Positions 47,252 through 59,558 are shown, counted from the stretch's first letter. The stretch is 64,000 nucleotides of DNA from Polaromonas sp. (GCA_043728315.1 JAYTMT010000002.1:17138-81137); one strand, 5' to 3'. Notes: a model not told the origin generated them from the sequence alone. Made by a program: numbers and translations.

Positions 47252-48265
47252 TTAGGCTGTGACAGTGGCGGCCTTGGCCGCTTGGTAGGCGGCGTAGAGT
47301 TTTTGGTAAACGGGGCCGGGTTGGCCTGCGTGGCTTTGATTTTGGCCGACTTTTTTGCCGTCTAGCGTTGTCACAGCCAGCACTTCTTTGGTGGCGGATG
47401 ACAAAATGAGTTCGTCGCAGTTCAGCACTTCCTCACGGCTTAAGCGGCGCAGTTCAAAGGGAATTCCACTGGCGGCGCACATGTCGGCAATCAGGCCGTA
47501 GCGGATGCCTTCGAGCACCAAGTTGTCTTTGGGCGGGCCGTAGACCACACCGTTTTTCACCACCCACACATTGCTGGAAGCGGCTTCTGAGAGGTAATCA
47601 CCGCGAAACATCACGGTTTCCACTGCGTCTGCATCTACGCTGATTTGGCGGGCAAACACCGAGCCGAGCAGGCTGGTGGACTTGATGTGGGCCTTTTGCC
47701 AGCGGAAATCATCGGCGCTTACGCAGGCCACGCCGCGCTCGCGCTGCGCGGGGCTGGGGCGGGGCAGGCGGTTGCACATGGCAAACACGGTGGGCGTGAT
47801 GCCTGCGGGCATGGCGTGGTCGCGCAGGGCCACGCCGCGCGTGAGCTGGATGTAGATCAGGTGGTCGGTGGGGCTTTCAGGGCTGTCTTTAGCGCTGCTT
47901 TGGGGCGCTGGCGCGCTATCCGCTGGCGCCAAAGTGCCCGCAGCGCTGTCAAGCGCTGAATTTACAGAATTTTTGGCTAATGTCAGCGTAAAATGGTCAT
48001 AGTGCGCTATGAGTTGCATAGCAATAGCTTTCCATTCACCCCGCGTATGGGGGTTGGCAATGCGCATCTCAGCCAAGCTGCGCTCCAGCCGCGCCATGTG
48101 CTGCTCAAAGCGAAACACCCGCCCGCCGTAGCTGGCCAACACCTCATACACCCCATCGCCAAAGATAAACCCTCGGTCCATCACGCTGACCTTGGCTTCG
48201 TTAAGCGGGGTGTAGGCACCGTTGAGGTAACAGGGGGTGGCGGGGATGTCTTGGGTGGTTTGCAT
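47252..48265 (-). CDS. dat: class IV (D-amino-acid/branched-chain) aminotransferase with an in-frame insertion
   Basis: VSVMDRGFIFGDGVYEV, IYIQLTRG and a class IV C-terminus. An extra ~45 aa precede the IYIQLTRG block. Confidence 0.8.
   Translation of the reverse strand: MQTTQDIPATPCYLNGAYTPLNEAKVSVMDRGFIFGDGVYEVLASYGGRVFRFEQHMARLERSLAEMRIANPHTRGEWKAIAMQLIAHYDHFTLTLAKNSVNSALDSAAGTLAPADSAPAPQSSAKDSPESPTDHLIYIQLTRGVALRDHAMPAGITPTVFAMCNRLPRPSPAQRERGVACVSADDFRWQKAHIKSTSLLGSVFARQISVDADAVETVMFRGDYLSEAASSNVWVVKNGVVYGPPKDNLVLEGIRYGLIADMCAASGIPFELRRLSREEVLNCDELILSSATKEVLAVTTLDGKKVGQNQSHAGQPGPVYQKLYAAYQAAKAATVTA
47979..48010 (+). repeat. dispersed repeat core, copy E (left half only) inside dat, antisense to the gene
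   Basis: aatgtcagcgtaaaatggtcatagtgcgctat, read on the minus strand as IAHYDHFTLTLA. Confidence 0.75.
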
Positions 48266-48298
48266 GGTTTGGCGTAGTTGGCGGGTTGGCTTGGGTCA

Positions 48299-48539
48299 TA
48301 TTCGGGTTTCCGGCCGCGAAGGGCGCGAAAGTTGCGCTAAAAACGCGAAAGGAAAACCAAAAAATAAGAAAAAATAAAAATACTAGCAATGTCAGCGTGA
48401 TATGGTTATTTTATGCTATTAAAAATATAGTATATAGAAAAAAATGCTAAACTTTATATGCTTTCGCAGATATTACTTTGGCTGTTTTTTAGCGTTTTTC
48501 GCGCAACTTTCGCGCCCTTCGCGGCCGGAAGTCCGAATA
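48299..48539 (+). mobile_element. MITE-like hairpin element F (~64-bp inverted arms around a dispersed-repeat core)
   Basis: The left arm 48299-48362 aligns with the reverse complement of the right arm 48476-48539 (tattcgggtttccggccgcgaagggcgcgaaagttgcgc... vs tattcggacttccggccgcgaagggcgcgaaagttgcgc...). Confidence 0.7.
48388..48433 (+). repeat. dispersed repeat core, copy F
   Basis: aatgtcagcgtgatatggttattttatgctattaaaaatatagtat, preceded by aaaaatactagc. Confidence 0.8.
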
Positions 48540-48552
48540 ACCCCCCAAGCAA

Positions 48553-49656
48553 CTAGCGACGCACAGCAAGCCGCCGAGTCTCCCCAACAGCCATCAAAAA
48601 GAAATCATCCTCAGAAATCTTGTGTGCCAGCCGCGCCGCCGCCAAGTCGCGCGGGGGCTGGTCCAGTGGCTCGTCGGTGAGGTTGAATGTGCCACAATGC
48701 ACGCCCACGCTGCGTTTAGCGCCTAGGTCTTTGTGGATTTGCACGGCTTCGTCGGGGTTCACATGTTGCGATTTCATGAACCAGCGCGGCTCGTAAGCCC
48801 CCACTGCTATCAAAGCAATATCAAAGCCGCCGCCTAGGGCTGCGCTTTGGCGCTCGGCAAAGCGCTTTTTGGTGTCTGCAAAATCCTGCGAATACCCCGT
48901 GTCGCCGCTGAAATACCAATGAAACTGCGGGCCAATAGCGGCCCAGCCGCCCCACAGGGTTTGGCTGCGGTCGCCCACGCCGCGCGCGGACCAGTGCTGC
49001 ACGGGGGTGAAGGTAAATTCGGTCTCGCCTAGCTTGGCGGTATCCCACTAGTCAAGTTCTTTGACATTGGTGACCCCAAGGTTTTCCATCCAAGGCTTGA
49101 TGCCCAGTGGCACTAAAAACAGGGTTTTGCCTTTAGATGCTGCGTTCAGCGCCAACACCGAGTCTTTGTCCAAATGGTCATAGTGGTTGTGCGAGATCAG
49201 CACCACGTCAATGGCTGGCAGCTGGTCTATGCGCAGCCCGGGCGGCTGGGCTCGCTTGGGGCCGGCAAACTGCACTGGCGAAGCGCGCTCTGAAAACACG
49301 GGGTCGGTCAGCACATTCAGGCCATTCGATTGCACCAGCATGGTGGCATGCCCCACCCAGGTGATGGCGGGCTGCATGGCAGCACCAGCCTTGGCATTAG
49401 CGCTCACAAAAGCGAGATCGGGGGCGGTCACGGGTGTGGCAGTTTCAGGCTTCGCTGGCGGCATGCCCTTGAGCAAACGCTCCCATTGCCAACGCGCAAA
49501 CGCGCCAAAGCCCTTTTCCTGTGCGGCAGGGTCGTTGTTTTTGAAGCCTACAGGAGTATGGTGGGATTTTAAGCGGTCGTAATAGGGGTTCACAGCGGTG
49601 CATCCGGTAAGTCCTGTGAGGAAGCTAAGGCAAATGAGGGCGGAGATGCGGCGCAT
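48553..49656 (-). pseudogene. MBL-fold metallo-hydrolase lipoprotein interrupted by one in-frame TAG
   Basis: Track ORFs 49048..49656 and 48553..49002 are in the same frame. Reading through TAG (49048-50) gives ...VKELD*WDTAKLGETEFTFTPVQHWSARG... Lipobox LTGC and metal motif SHNHYDHLD are present. Confidence 0.7.
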
Positions 49657-49673
49657 GTTAAAAATAAAGTCGT

Positions 49674-49715
49674 TATAAAATTAATAGCACACTATGACCA
49701 TATGACGCTGACATT
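49674..49715 (-). repeat. dispersed repeat core, copy G
   Basis: The reverse complement reads aatgtcagcgtcatatggtcatagtgtgctattaattttata with left flank aatttatagattttcagcac. It ends 17 nt upstream of the MBL gene ATG (49656). Confidence 0.85.
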
Positions 49716-49750
49716 GTGCTGAAAATCTATAAATTAACAGCCAAACAGCA

Positions 49751-50218
49751 TCACACAGCCAAACGCACAGCCGCAATGGCGAGCCAGCCCAATACAAAGT
49801 TAAGCAGCACCATTTTTTGGATCAATGCCGCAGCAGCCCCGGCCGCAGGCCACTGCGCCTGTGCCACGGCGCGTTTGAATCTTTTAAAGCTGGCGAAATA
49901 AATATGCCCAAAAATCAAAATCATCGCAATGCCCAGTACCAGCATCACATTCCAGCCAATGGGCACGCCAGCCGTGCCAGTGGCCAGCCTAGTAGCGCGA
50001 AAACCTGCGGTGTACAAATGGCTACCCGTGGCAAAAAGCACCACAATAGCCCCTAAAACAACAGCAAAAAAGCGTTGCCAAACTTGCGCCATGAGCGGGG
50101 CGCGCACGCTGGGCTCAAGGCTAGCTACACTAGATTTGAGCGCAAAAATCATGAACGTCATGCCGCCCATCCAGACGATGGCGGCTACTAAATGCAGGAG
50201 TTTTATAAGGGAGTACAT
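49751..50218 (-). CDS. integral membrane protein (CopD-like, tentative)
   Basis: 155 aa with 4 TM helices. The N-terminus LIKLLHLVAAIVWMGGM resembles CopD-type proteins. Confidence 0.5.
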   Translation of the reverse strand: MYSLIKLLHLVAAIVWMGGMTFMIFALKSSVASLEPSVRAPLMAQVWQRFFAVVLGAIVVLFATGSHLYTAGFRATRLATGTAGVPIGWNVMLVLGIAMILIFGHIYFASFKRFKRAVAQAQWPAAGAAAALIQKMVLLNFVLGWLAIAAVRLAV

Positions 50219-50562
50219 AGTGCTATGGGTAGGCTAAAAGGTGGATGGGCACACAAGCTGCCCGCCGACACAGCCAATCAGGCTTGGCAGCGCTCGCTTG
50301 AGAACGGGGAGCAAAACAAGGCAGATATTAGCGCGCAAAGCCCATGTTCGCCGCTGGGGCTTGGATTGGCCTGCGTATGGGTGTGTTTGCAGGCTCGAAT
50401 ACAGACCTGTTTGTGCCGCGCAACATGTGCAGCCTCCTAAAACCCTGATTTGCCGAGCGATTATTGGGTTATGGCCAAGTCGCACGGGTTTCTACGTATA
50501 ATCAGAGGCTTTGCTGCATGCGGCGCTTTGTAACGCTTGTGTAATCTCGGGGTTTTATACTG

Positions 50563-51069
50563 ATGAAGACGATGCCATCACCTGATCCTTACCCAAGCTT
50601 GGACAATGCGCCCAGTGGATTGGGCAGTGAGGTGGCAAGTGAGCCAGTGTTCAAGCGCTGGACGGCCGAGGAAGCTAAGGCTTTGCGCGCCAAGTCCCCC
50701 AGTATCTCGCCTTGGCGGGTGGTGGCGTGGCAGGGTGTGGCGGCTGTGGTAATCACGCTGCTGGCTTGGCTGCTGTTTGACAAAACGGTGGCACTGTCGG
50801 CGGGTTACGGTGCTTTGGTGGTAATGATTCCAGCGGCTGTATTGGCCAGAGGCATCATGTCACCCATGTCGAGCCTGAATGCGGTGAGTGCCGCCTTGGG
50901 TTTCATGGTCTGGGAAATGGTGAAAATAGGGCTGAGCGTGGCGATGTTTTTTGCCGCGCACCAGCTCATTGAGAATTTAAGTTGGGTTGCGCTGCTAGTC
51001 GGCGTGATTCTGACGATGAAGGTGTATTGGGTGGCGGCTATTTATAAGCCCAAGCCCACGCAGGTTTAG
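50563..51069 (+). CDS. atpI: ATP synthase protein I
   Basis: Small polytopic protein immediately upstream of atpB. The N-terminal extent is uncertain. Confidence 0.65.
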   Translation: MKTMPSPDPYPSLDNAPSGLGSEVASEPVFKRWTAEEAKALRAKSPSISPWRVVAWQGVAAVVITLLAWLLFDKTVALSAGYGALVVMIPAAVLARGIMSPMSSLNAVSAALGFMVWEMVKIGLSVAMFFAAHQLIENLSWVALLVGVILTMKVYWVAAIYKPKPTQV

Positions 51070-51127
51070 CGCTTTGTCCGTGTGGGCGAAGATTGTTTTG
51101 GTTTTGTGAATTTTTGGAAATAACAAG

Positions 51128-51985
51128 ATGGCAGCTGAGAATGGACCAACGTCTGGTGAATACATTGTTCACCACCTGACGCACTGGCAAAACAAAGCGC
51201 AAACTGAAGTCGTTGATTTCAGCGTGTTCAACATCGATTCGCTGATTTTCAGTATCACACTGGGCGTGATCGGCTGCTTCTTGCTCTGGAAAGCCGCAAG
51301 CAAAGCCACCGCAGGTGTGCCCGGCCGCTTCCAAGCCGCTGTGGAAATGCTGGTTGAAATGGTTGACGCGCAAGCCAAAGGCATTGTGCATAGCGCCAGC
51401 AGCCGCAAGCTAGTAGCGCCGCTGGCGCTCACCGTGTTTGTTTGGATCTTCTTGATGAACGCTATGGACATGTTGCCCGTAGACCTGCTTCCATGGATCT
51501 GGGAGCGCATTGTTGGCGCAACTGGCGGCGACCCACACCACGCCTATATGCGAGTGGTGCCCACCGCTGACCTGTCCATCACCATGGCGCTTTCTTTAGG
51601 TGTATTGATTGTTTGCTTGGTCTACAACGTGAAAATGAAGGGCTTGGGCGGCTGGATCCACGAGCTGTTCAGCGCCCCGTTTGGCTCGCACCCATTACTA
51701 TGGTTGCCCAACTTTGCCATGCAAATCATCGAATTCGTGGCTAAAACTGTCTCCCACGGCATGCGATTATTCGGCAACATGTACGCTGGCGAATTGATCT
51801 TTATGCTGATTGCCCTGCTGGGCGGCGGCTGGACATTGTCGGCCACAGGCCTAGGCTTGGCGGCTCTACACATCATTGCGGGCACAGCTTGGTCGATTTT
51901 CCACATTCTGATTATTGTGTTGCAAGCCTTTGTGTTCATGATGTTGACTCTGGTCTACATCGGCCAAGCGCACGACGCACACTAA
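51128..51985 (+). CDS. atpB: F0F1 ATP synthase subunit a
   Basis: 285 aa with the conserved SHGMRLFGNMYAGE block. Confidence 0.95.
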   Translation: MAAENGPTSGEYIVHHLTHWQNKAQTEVVDFSVFNIDSLIFSITLGVIGCFLLWKAASKATAGVPGRFQAAVEMLVEMVDAQAKGIVHSASSRKLVAPLALTVFVWIFLMNAMDMLPVDLLPWIWERIVGATGGDPHHAYMRVVPTADLSITMALSLGVLIVCLVYNVKMKGLGGWIHELFSAPFGSHPLLWLPNFAMQIIEFVAKTVSHGMRLFGNMYAGELIFMLIALLGGGWTLSATGLGLAALHIIAGTAWSIFHILIIVLQAFVFMMLTLVYIGQAHDAH

Positions 51986-52018
51986 CCCTTGTTTTCTAGT
52001 CTCTCGTTTTTTTCGTAA

Positions 52019-52309
<291 letters not shown>

Positions 52310-52386
52310 TTTCGTTTTCTCCTTGGATTGCCCGTCAGGTACTTGCAAAAGCACCCGCCTAAGTCCACATATAAAAGGATGTTGAC

Positions 52387-52857
52387 GTGAACATTAACGC
52401 CACTCTGATCATTCAATTGGTCGTGTTCCTGATCTTGGTCTGGTTCACCATGTCATTTGTTTGGCCTCCCATTGCCAAGGCGCTGGACGAACGCGCTGCC
52501 AAAATCGCTGACGGCTTGGCCGCTGCCGACAAAGCCAAAACCGAACTCTCTGCGGCTAACAACCGCGTAGAGGCCGAGTTGGCCAAGTCGCGCACCGAGA
52601 CTGCTGCACGCTTGGCTGATGCTGACCGCCGCGCGCAGTCGATTATCGAAGAAGCCAAAGGCCGTGCTACGGAAGAAGGCAACAAGATCATCACCGCTGC
52701 CAAGGCTGAGGCTGACCAACAAACCATCAAAGCCCGTGAGGTCTTGCGCGAGCAAGTGGCCGCATTGGCGGTGAAGGGCGCAGAGCAGATTCTCCGCAAG
52801 GAAGTCAACGCTGGCGTGCATGCTGATTTGCTCGGTCGCCTCAAGGCCGAACTCTGA
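52387..52857 (+). CDS. atpF: F0F1 ATP synthase subunit b
   Basis: 156 aa, GTG start, an N-terminal TM segment plus a long charged helix. Confidence 0.9.
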   Translation: MNINATLIIQLVVFLILVWFTMSFVWPPIAKALDERAAKIADGLAAADKAKTELSAANNRVEAELAKSRTETAARLADADRRAQSIIEEAKGRATEEGNKIITAAKAEADQQTIKAREVLREQVAALAVKGAEQILRKEVNAGVHADLLGRLKAEL

Positions 52858-52883
52858 ACCACAAAGCAGAGAAAGCACGCACC

Positions 52884-53414
52884 ATGGCCGAACTCGCCAC
52901 CATCGCCCGCCCCTACGCCGAAGCGCTGTTCAAAGCCAGCAAGAGTGATCTTGCAGGCGCACAGCAGTGGTTAGACGCGATTGCCCAAGTCGCTGCGAAC
53001 CCGCAGCTGCAGCAGTTTGCCAATAACCCACAAACCAAGGCCGAACAGGTCTTTGACGTGCTCGCCCAAGTGTCCAAAGCCAACTTGTCTGAACAAGGCA
53101 AGAACTTCTGCCACACGGTGATCGACAACGGCCGCGTCAACGCGCTGCCCGAAATCGCAGCCCAGTTTCGCGCCCTGAAAAACGCGCAAAGCGGCACGTC
53201 AGATGCCACGGTTTTCAGTGCATTCGCCATCGATGGCGCAGCACTGGCCGAGGTGTCCACTTTGCTGGAAAAGCGGTTTGCCCGCAAGCTCAATGTATCG
53301 GTGCAAATCGAGCCTGAGCTGATCGGTGGCATCCGTGTGGTGGTCGGTGACGAGGTGCTTGACACCTCTGTCAAAGCCCGTTTAGAACAAATGAAGGTTG
53401 CGCTCACGGCTTGA
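52884..53414 (+). CDS. atpH: F0F1 ATP synthase subunit delta
   Basis: 176 aa, starts ARPYAEALF, in the expected operon position. Confidence 0.9.
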   Translation: MAELATIARPYAEALFKASKSDLAGAQQWLDAIAQVAANPQLQQFANNPQTKAEQVFDVLAQVSKANLSEQGKNFCHTVIDNGRVNALPEIAAQFRALKNAQSGTSDATVFSAFAIDGAALAEVSTLLEKRFARKLNVSVQIEPELIGGIRVVVGDEVLDTSVKARLEQMKVALTA

Positions 53415-53451
53415 TGCCGCGTGCGCCCATTAATGAAAGAAGGAACGAGCC

Positions 53452-55005
53452 ATGCAACTCAATCCCGCAGAAATCTCTGAATTGCTGAAAAGCCGTATCG
53501 AAGGCTTGTCAGGTTCCGCCGACATCCGCAACCAAGGCACCGTGGTCTCTGTGACTGACGGTATTTGCCGCATACATGGCCTGTCCAATGTGATGCAGGG
53601 CGAGATGCTCGAATTTGCTCCCGCACCAGACGGCACCGCTACATTCGGTCTGGCGCTTAATCTTGAGCGTGACTCAGTGGGTTCGGTGATCTTGGGCGCT
53701 TATGAGCACATCTCCGAAGGCCAAGTGGTCAAGTGCACAGGCCGTATTCTCGAAGTGCCAGTGGGCCCTGAGCTCAAAGGCCGTGTGGTCAATGCGTTGG
53801 GTCAGCCTATCGATGGCAAAGGCCCAATTAACGCCAAAATGACCGACGTGATTGAAAAAGTTGCGCCCGGCGTGATTGCCCGCCAGTCGGTGAGCCAGCC
53901 TTTGCAAACCGGCCTCAAGTCGATTGACTCGATGGTGCCAGTTGGCCGTGGCCAGCGCGAGCTGATCATTGGTGACCGCCAAACCGGTAAAACAGCCGTG
54001 GCGATTGATGCCATCATCAACCAAAAAGGCCAAGACGTTACTTGCGTCTATGTGGCCATTGGCCAAAAAGCATCGAGCGTGAAAAACGTCGTGCGTGCGC
54101 TTGAGCAAGCTGGCGCAATGGAATACACCATCGTGGTGGCGGCTACTGCCTCTGAGTCGGCGGCTATGCAGTTCGTATCGGCCTACTCTGGCTGCACCAT
54201 GGGCGAGTATTTCCGTGACCGTGGCGAAGACGCACTGATTGTGTACGACGACCTGTCCAAGCAAGCCGTGGCGTATCGCCAAGTGTCTTTGTTGCTTCGC
54301 CGCCCACCGGGCCGCGAAGCCTACCCTGGCGACGTGTTTTACCTCCACAGCCGCTTGCTAGAGCGTGCCGCCCGCGTCAACGAAAAATACGTCGAAGATT
54401 TCACCAAAGGTGCAGTCAAAGGCAAAACGGGCTCGCTCACCGCGTTGCCTATCATCGAAACCCAAGCGGGTGACGTGTCTGCCTTCGTGCCCACCAACGT
54501 GATCTCGATCACTGACGGCCAGATCTTCTTGGAAACCAGCCTTTTCAACGCTGGCATTCGCCCCGCAATTAACGCTGGCATCTCGGTGTCCCGCGTCGGT
54601 AGCGCAGCGCAAACCAAGCTGGTGAAAAACCTCTCTGGCGGTATCCGTACCGACTTGGCGCAGTACCGCGAATTGGCTGCTTTTGCACAGTTCGCTTCTG
54701 ACCTTGACGAAGCCACCCGCAAGCAGCTAGACCGCGGCGCGCGTGTGACTGAATTGCTCAAACAAGCCCAGTACAGCCCGCTGTCGATCAGCAACATGGG
54801 CGCGACTTTATTTGCCGTGAACAAAGGCTTCATGGACGACTTGGAAGTCAAGAAAGTGCTGCCTTTTGAGCACGGCCTGCACGCCTACCTCAAAGACAAA
54901 CACGCTGCATTGATGGCAACGCTAGAGTCTGAAAAAGCCATGAGCAAAGACTCGGAAGCCGAGCTGACTGCTGCAGTGGTTGCGTTCAAAAAGACCTTCG
55001 CTTAA
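53452..55005 (+). CDS. atpA: F0F1 ATP synthase subunit alpha
   Basis: 517 aa with Walker A GDRQTGKT. Confidence 0.97.
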   Translation: MQLNPAEISELLKSRIEGLSGSADIRNQGTVVSVTDGICRIHGLSNVMQGEMLEFAPAPDGTATFGLALNLERDSVGSVILGAYEHISEGQVVKCTGRILEVPVGPELKGRVVNALGQPIDGKGPINAKMTDVIEKVAPGVIARQSVSQPLQTGLKSIDSMVPVGRGQRELIIGDRQTGKTAVAIDAIINQKGQDVTCVYVAIGQKASSVKNVVRALEQAGAMEYTIVVAATASESAAMQFVSAYSGCTMGEYFRDRGEDALIVYDDLSKQAVAYRQVSLLLRRPPGREAYPGDVFYLHSRLLERAARVNEKYVEDFTKGAVKGKTGSLTALPIIETQAGDVSAFVPTNVISITDGQIFLETSLFNAGIRPAINAGISVSRVGSAAQTKLVKNLSGGIRTDLAQYRELAAFAQFASDLDEATRKQLDRGARVTELLKQAQYSPLSISNMGATLFAVNKGFMDDLEVKKVLPFEHGLHAYLKDKHAALMATLESEKAMSKDSEAELTAAVVAFKKTFA

Positions 55006-55033
55006 TTTCCCCAACTGACTGAGGAAATCCACT

Positions 55034-55900
55034 ATGGCAGCAGGCAAGGAAATACGCGGCAAGATCAAATCGGTGGAAAACACCAAGAAGATCACCAAGG
55101 CCATGGAAATGGTGGCCGCGTCCAAAATGCGCAAGGCGCAGGAGCGCATGCGCGCTGCCCGCCCTTACAGCGACCGCATCCGCAATATCGCAGCCAACCT
55201 CGGCAAGGCCAATCCAGAATACACGCATCCGTTCATGCAAACGAACGATGCCAAATCTGCGGGCTTTATCGTGGTGTCAACCGACAAAGGCTTGTGCGGC
55301 GGCATGAATACCAATGTGTTGCGTGCACTCACCAACCAGTTGCGTGCAAACCAATCTGCGGGCATCAGTTCGCAAGCGGTCGCCATTGGTAACAAGGGCT
55401 TGGGCTTTTTGAACCGCGTGGGCGCAAAAGTGGTGGCGCATGTCACCCAATTGGGTGACACACCGCACTTGGACAAATTGATTGGCCCGGTGAAGGTGCT
55501 GCTTGATGCGTATGCCAAGGGCGAAGTCAAATCAGTGCACCTGTGCTACACGCGTTTTATCAACACCATGAAGCAGGAACCGGTGATGGAGCAATTATTG
55601 CCCCTGACCAGCGAGACGCTCAAGGCTGACAAAGGCGCGCACGGCTGGGACTACATTTACGAACCCGATGCGCAGGCGGTGATTGACGATTTGCTGGTGC
55701 GCTATGTGGAATCGCTGGTGTACCAAGCGGTGGCAGAAAACATGGCATCTGAGCAGTCTGCACGCATGGTGGCCATGAAGTCGGCCACTGATAACGCGGG
55801 CAGCGTGATTGCCGAGTTGAAGTTGATTTACAACAAAACCCGCCAAGCAGCGATCACCAAAGAGTTGTCCGAAATTGTCGCTGGCGCGGCTGCGGTCTAA
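55034..55900 (+). CDS. atpG: F0F1 ATP synthase subunit gamma
   Basis: 288 aa, with [36 protein letters not shown]. Confidence 0.95.
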   Translation: MAAGKEIRGKIKSVENTKKITKAMEMVAASKMRKAQERMRAARPYSDRIRNIAANLGKANPEYTHPFMQTNDAKSAGFIVVSTDKGLCGGMNTNVLRALTNQLRANQSAGISSQAVAIGNKGLGFLNRVGAKVVAHVTQLGDTPHLDKLIGPVKVLLDAYAKGEVKSVHLCYTRFINTMKQEPVMEQLLPLTSETLKADKGAHGWDYIYEPDAQAVIDDLLVRYVESLVYQAVAENMASEQSARMVAMKSATDNAGSVIAELKLIYNKTRQAAITKELSEIVAGAAAV

Positions 55901-55948
55901 AGTCTATTGATTTTAGATTGATTGATTTTTAGGTTTATTGATTTTTAA

Positions 55949-57361
<1,413 letters not shown>

Positions 57362-57487
57362 TAAAGCGCGTATTCGGGCGTCCTGCGTTGTTGCTGTGCT
57401 CAATGTGCTTGTTGCACATTTCCGCGCAGCGCCTAGCAGGCCATCCCGACTACGCACTTTCTTTCCACTTTTTTAAAAGGAAATACT

Positions 57488-57904
57488 ATGAACACTATCC
57501 GTGTTGATGTTGTGAGCGCTGAAGAGTCGATCTTCTCTGGCGAGGCCAAGTTTGTGGTTTTGCCGGGGGAGGCGGGCGAGCTAGGGATTTATCCTCGCCA
57601 CACGCCTTTGATTACCCGCATTCGCCCGGGCTCGGTGCGCATTGAAATGGCTGATGGCAAAGAAGAGTTCATCTTTGTGGCGGGAGGCATCTTGGAGGTG
57701 CAGCCTAACTGCGTGACGGTGCTGTCTGACACGGCAGTGCGCGGCAAAGATTTGGACGATGAAAAAGCCGCTTCAGCCAAAGCCGCTGCAGAAGAAGCTG
57801 TGAAAAACGCCAAAAACGAGCTTGATTTGGCCAAGGCGCAGTCAGAGCTTTTTGTGATGGCCGCGCAAATTGCGGCTTTACGCAAGTTTCGCCAGAAGAA
57901 GTAA
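57488..57904 (+). CDS. atpC: F0F1 ATP synthase subunit epsilon
   Basis: 138 aa; last gene of the operon. Confidence 0.9.
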   Translation: MNTIRVDVVSAEESIFSGEAKFVVLPGEAGELGIYPRHTPLITRIRPGSVRIEMADGKEEFIFVAGGILEVQPNCVTVLSDTAVRGKDLDDEKAASAKAAAEEAVKNAKNELDLAKAQSELFVMAAQIAALRKFRQKK

Positions 57905-57921
57905 TTGAAGGTAAGTGTTTG

Positions 57922-57949
57922 AAAAATGCCACCGAAAGGTGGCATTTTT
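57922..57949 (+). terminator. rho-independent terminator of the atp operon
   Basis: aaaaatgccacc / gaaa / ggtggcattttt forms a perfect 12-bp stem with a T-run. Confidence 0.8.
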
Positions 57950-58054
57950 CATGCTTTATCCGTATTTGACCACAGAGATTACGCTCAAATGGTTACAAAT
58001 CACAGGCAAATTTGGTAGAGTCAGTTTTAAGATTATTTGTTACAAAAAGCGCCC

Positions 58055-58633
58055 ATGGTCAAGACTACTGCCAGTAAAACAATTGCCATGTCGCAAAGCG
58101 AGGCGGCCGAGCTGCTAGTGACACCCACTGCCTTCGGCGAACTGAGCGCAGACGATGCCAAACAAGTGATTGCCTTCATGCGACCCAAGCGCATCCCTGA
58201 GGGCACGGTGTTTATCAAAGAAGGCGAATCAGCGCATACCGATTACATGCTTTTGGTGCTCAAAGGCGATGTGACGGTGGAGAGCGAGACCAATGCCTCA
58301 CAGGATAACTTGATTGTGAGCGTGATGGGGCCTGGCAGTTTGATTGGAGAAATGGGTATTTTGGATGGTGCGCCTCGCTCGGCCACCTGCACTGCCGCTA
58401 GCGAGGTGACTGTGGCAGTGCTGGCGCGCGATGATTTGAGGCGGCTGATGGAGCAACAACCGAAAGTAGCGGCGCGATTTTTGATGGCGATGTCGACGCG
58501 CATGGCCGATCGTTTGCGCGAGACCACGCGCAAACTCAAAAGGTTCAGCCAAGTTAACAGGGCATTGCAGCAAGAGCTCAACGTGCTAATGGACAGCAGG
58601 ATGCCAAATACGCTTGGTGTGCGGGTAAAATAA
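58055..58633 (+). CDS. cyclic nucleotide-binding domain protein
   Basis: The cNMP-binding cassette GEMGILDGAPRSATCTA is present. Track ORF starts at TTG 58037; ATG 58055 is used here. Confidence 0.75.
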   Translation: MVKTTASKTIAMSQSEAAELLVTPTAFGELSADDAKQVIAFMRPKRIPEGTVFIKEGESAHTDYMLLVLKGDVTVESETNASQDNLIVSVMGPGSLIGEMGILDGAPRSATCTAASEVTVAVLARDDLRRLMEQQPKVAARFLMAMSTRMADRLRETTRKLKRFSQVNRALQQELNVLMDSRMPNTLGVRVK

Positions 58634-58667
58634 CCAGTGATGATTGATTAAAATACCCAGTGTCACC

Positions 58668-59297
58668 ATGCAGCCGTCACATAACGCTACTATTTATATA
58701 GTTGATGACGATGCCAGCGTGCGCGATGCACTGGCCTGGCTGCTGCGCTCGCGGCGCTTGCCCAGCCAAGCCTTTGACAGTGCCGAGGCTTTTTTGCAGC
58801 ATCTGAGCAGCAATCGCCCGACTGTTGGCGAACCCTGCTGTCTGCTGCTAGATGTGCGCATGCCCGGTATGAGCGGTTTGGCGTTATTTGACGAGCTGGC
58901 TAGCAGTGGCCAGCACCTGCGCATGCCGGTGATTTTTCTCACCGGGCATGCCGATGTGCCCACCGCAGTTGACATGCTCAAGCGGGGTGCTTTTGATTTT
59001 TGTGAAAAACCTTTTTCTGACAACGCCTTGGTAGACCGCGTGGAGCTGGCGTTGGCCGCCTCGGCCAAGCTCATGGCCGACGATGTGGGGGTGGACAAAT
59101 TGCGCCAATTGCTGGCCGAGCTGACCGAGCGCGAGCGCGATGTCATGCGCTTGGTGACCGAGGGTCTGCCCAACAAGCTGATTGCCGACCAGTTGAGTAT
59201 CAGCGTGCGCACAGTGGAAGTGCACCGCGCCCGCGTGTTTGACAAAATGGATGTGAAATCGGCCGTGGAACTGGCCAATTTGCTGCGAAAAATATAG
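58668..59297 (+). CDS. response regulator, FixJ/LuxR family
   Basis: Receiver domain (IYIVDDDASVRDAL..., LLLDVRMPGMSG) plus a LuxR HTH (LTERERDVMRLVTEGLPNKLIADQLSISVRTVEVHR). ATG 58668 lies within the track ORF starting at 58644. Confidence 0.85.
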   Translation: MQPSHNATIYIVDDDASVRDALAWLLRSRRLPSQAFDSAEAFLQHLSSNRPTVGEPCCLLLDVRMPGMSGLALFDELASSGQHLRMPVIFLTGHADVPTAVDMLKRGAFDFCEKPFSDNALVDRVELALAASAKLMADDVGVDKLRQLLAELTERERDVMRLVTEGLPNKLIADQLSISVRTVEVHRARVFDKMDVKSAVELANLLRKI

Positions 59298-59308
59298 TAC
59301 CGCAGCGC

Positions 59309-59554
59309 CTATACTTGGGCTTGGTCGGACTTGGTGGGTACGCTAGTGGCGGGCAACCCAACGCTGGAATTGCTGGCGCTTGCTGTAGTGGATGCCGTGG
59401 CGGTGTGTGCCGTGGTAGCGGATGTGGGCGCAGTGGCTTCCTCTGCCTCATCTGCCACAGGCTCACCGCCATTTCGGCCAGAAAACATGGTCCACCAAAC
59501 GATCAACACCAAGAGCAGCATCGCGCCAAGCGCCTCAAGCAAAAGAAGGGTCAT
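59309..59554 (-). CDS. possible small membrane protein (conflicts with the long version of mltA)
   Basis: An internal ATG of track ORF 59309..59662 gives MTLLLLEALGAMLLLVLIVWWTMFSG..., one clean TM helix plus an acidic/Thr-Ala-rich tail. There is no homology evidence. Confidence 0.25.
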   Translation of the reverse strand: MTLLLLEALGAMLLLVLIVWWTMFSGRNGGEPVADEAEEATAPTSATTAHTATASTTASASNSSVGLPATSVPTKSDQAQV

Positions 59555-59558
59555 CACC

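Noticed and set aside
48001-48433. Resemblance of the repeat segment GTGCGCTATTAAAAATATAGTA to a dif/XerCD site (GGTGCGCATAA-TGTATA-TTATGTTAAAT)
   Set aside because: Only the GTGCGC heptamer region matches and the XerD-arm equivalent does not. Nine copies with variable right halves are inconsistent with a chromosomal dif site. An IMEX-type origin cannot be supported from the sequence.
49171-49195. A 14-nt match (cactatgaccattt) between the MBL HxHxDH-coding region and the reverse complement of the dispersed repeat core; both encode H-Y-D-H
   Set aside because: The match is short and there is no flanking similarity, so it is most likely coincidence. It was not counted as a repeat copy.
50490-50510. 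TATAAT hexamer (~50497-50502) upstream of atpI as the atp promoter -10
   Set aside because: No convincing -35 element lies at 16-18 bp spacing (gccaag/ggccaa). A single hexamer in an intergenic region is too weak to report as a feature.
57975-58015. Possible tenth, very degenerate repeat copy (acgctcaaatggttacaaatcac) downstream of the atp terminator
   Set aside because: Only ~12 scattered positions match the consensus. This is below what I can defend by eye.
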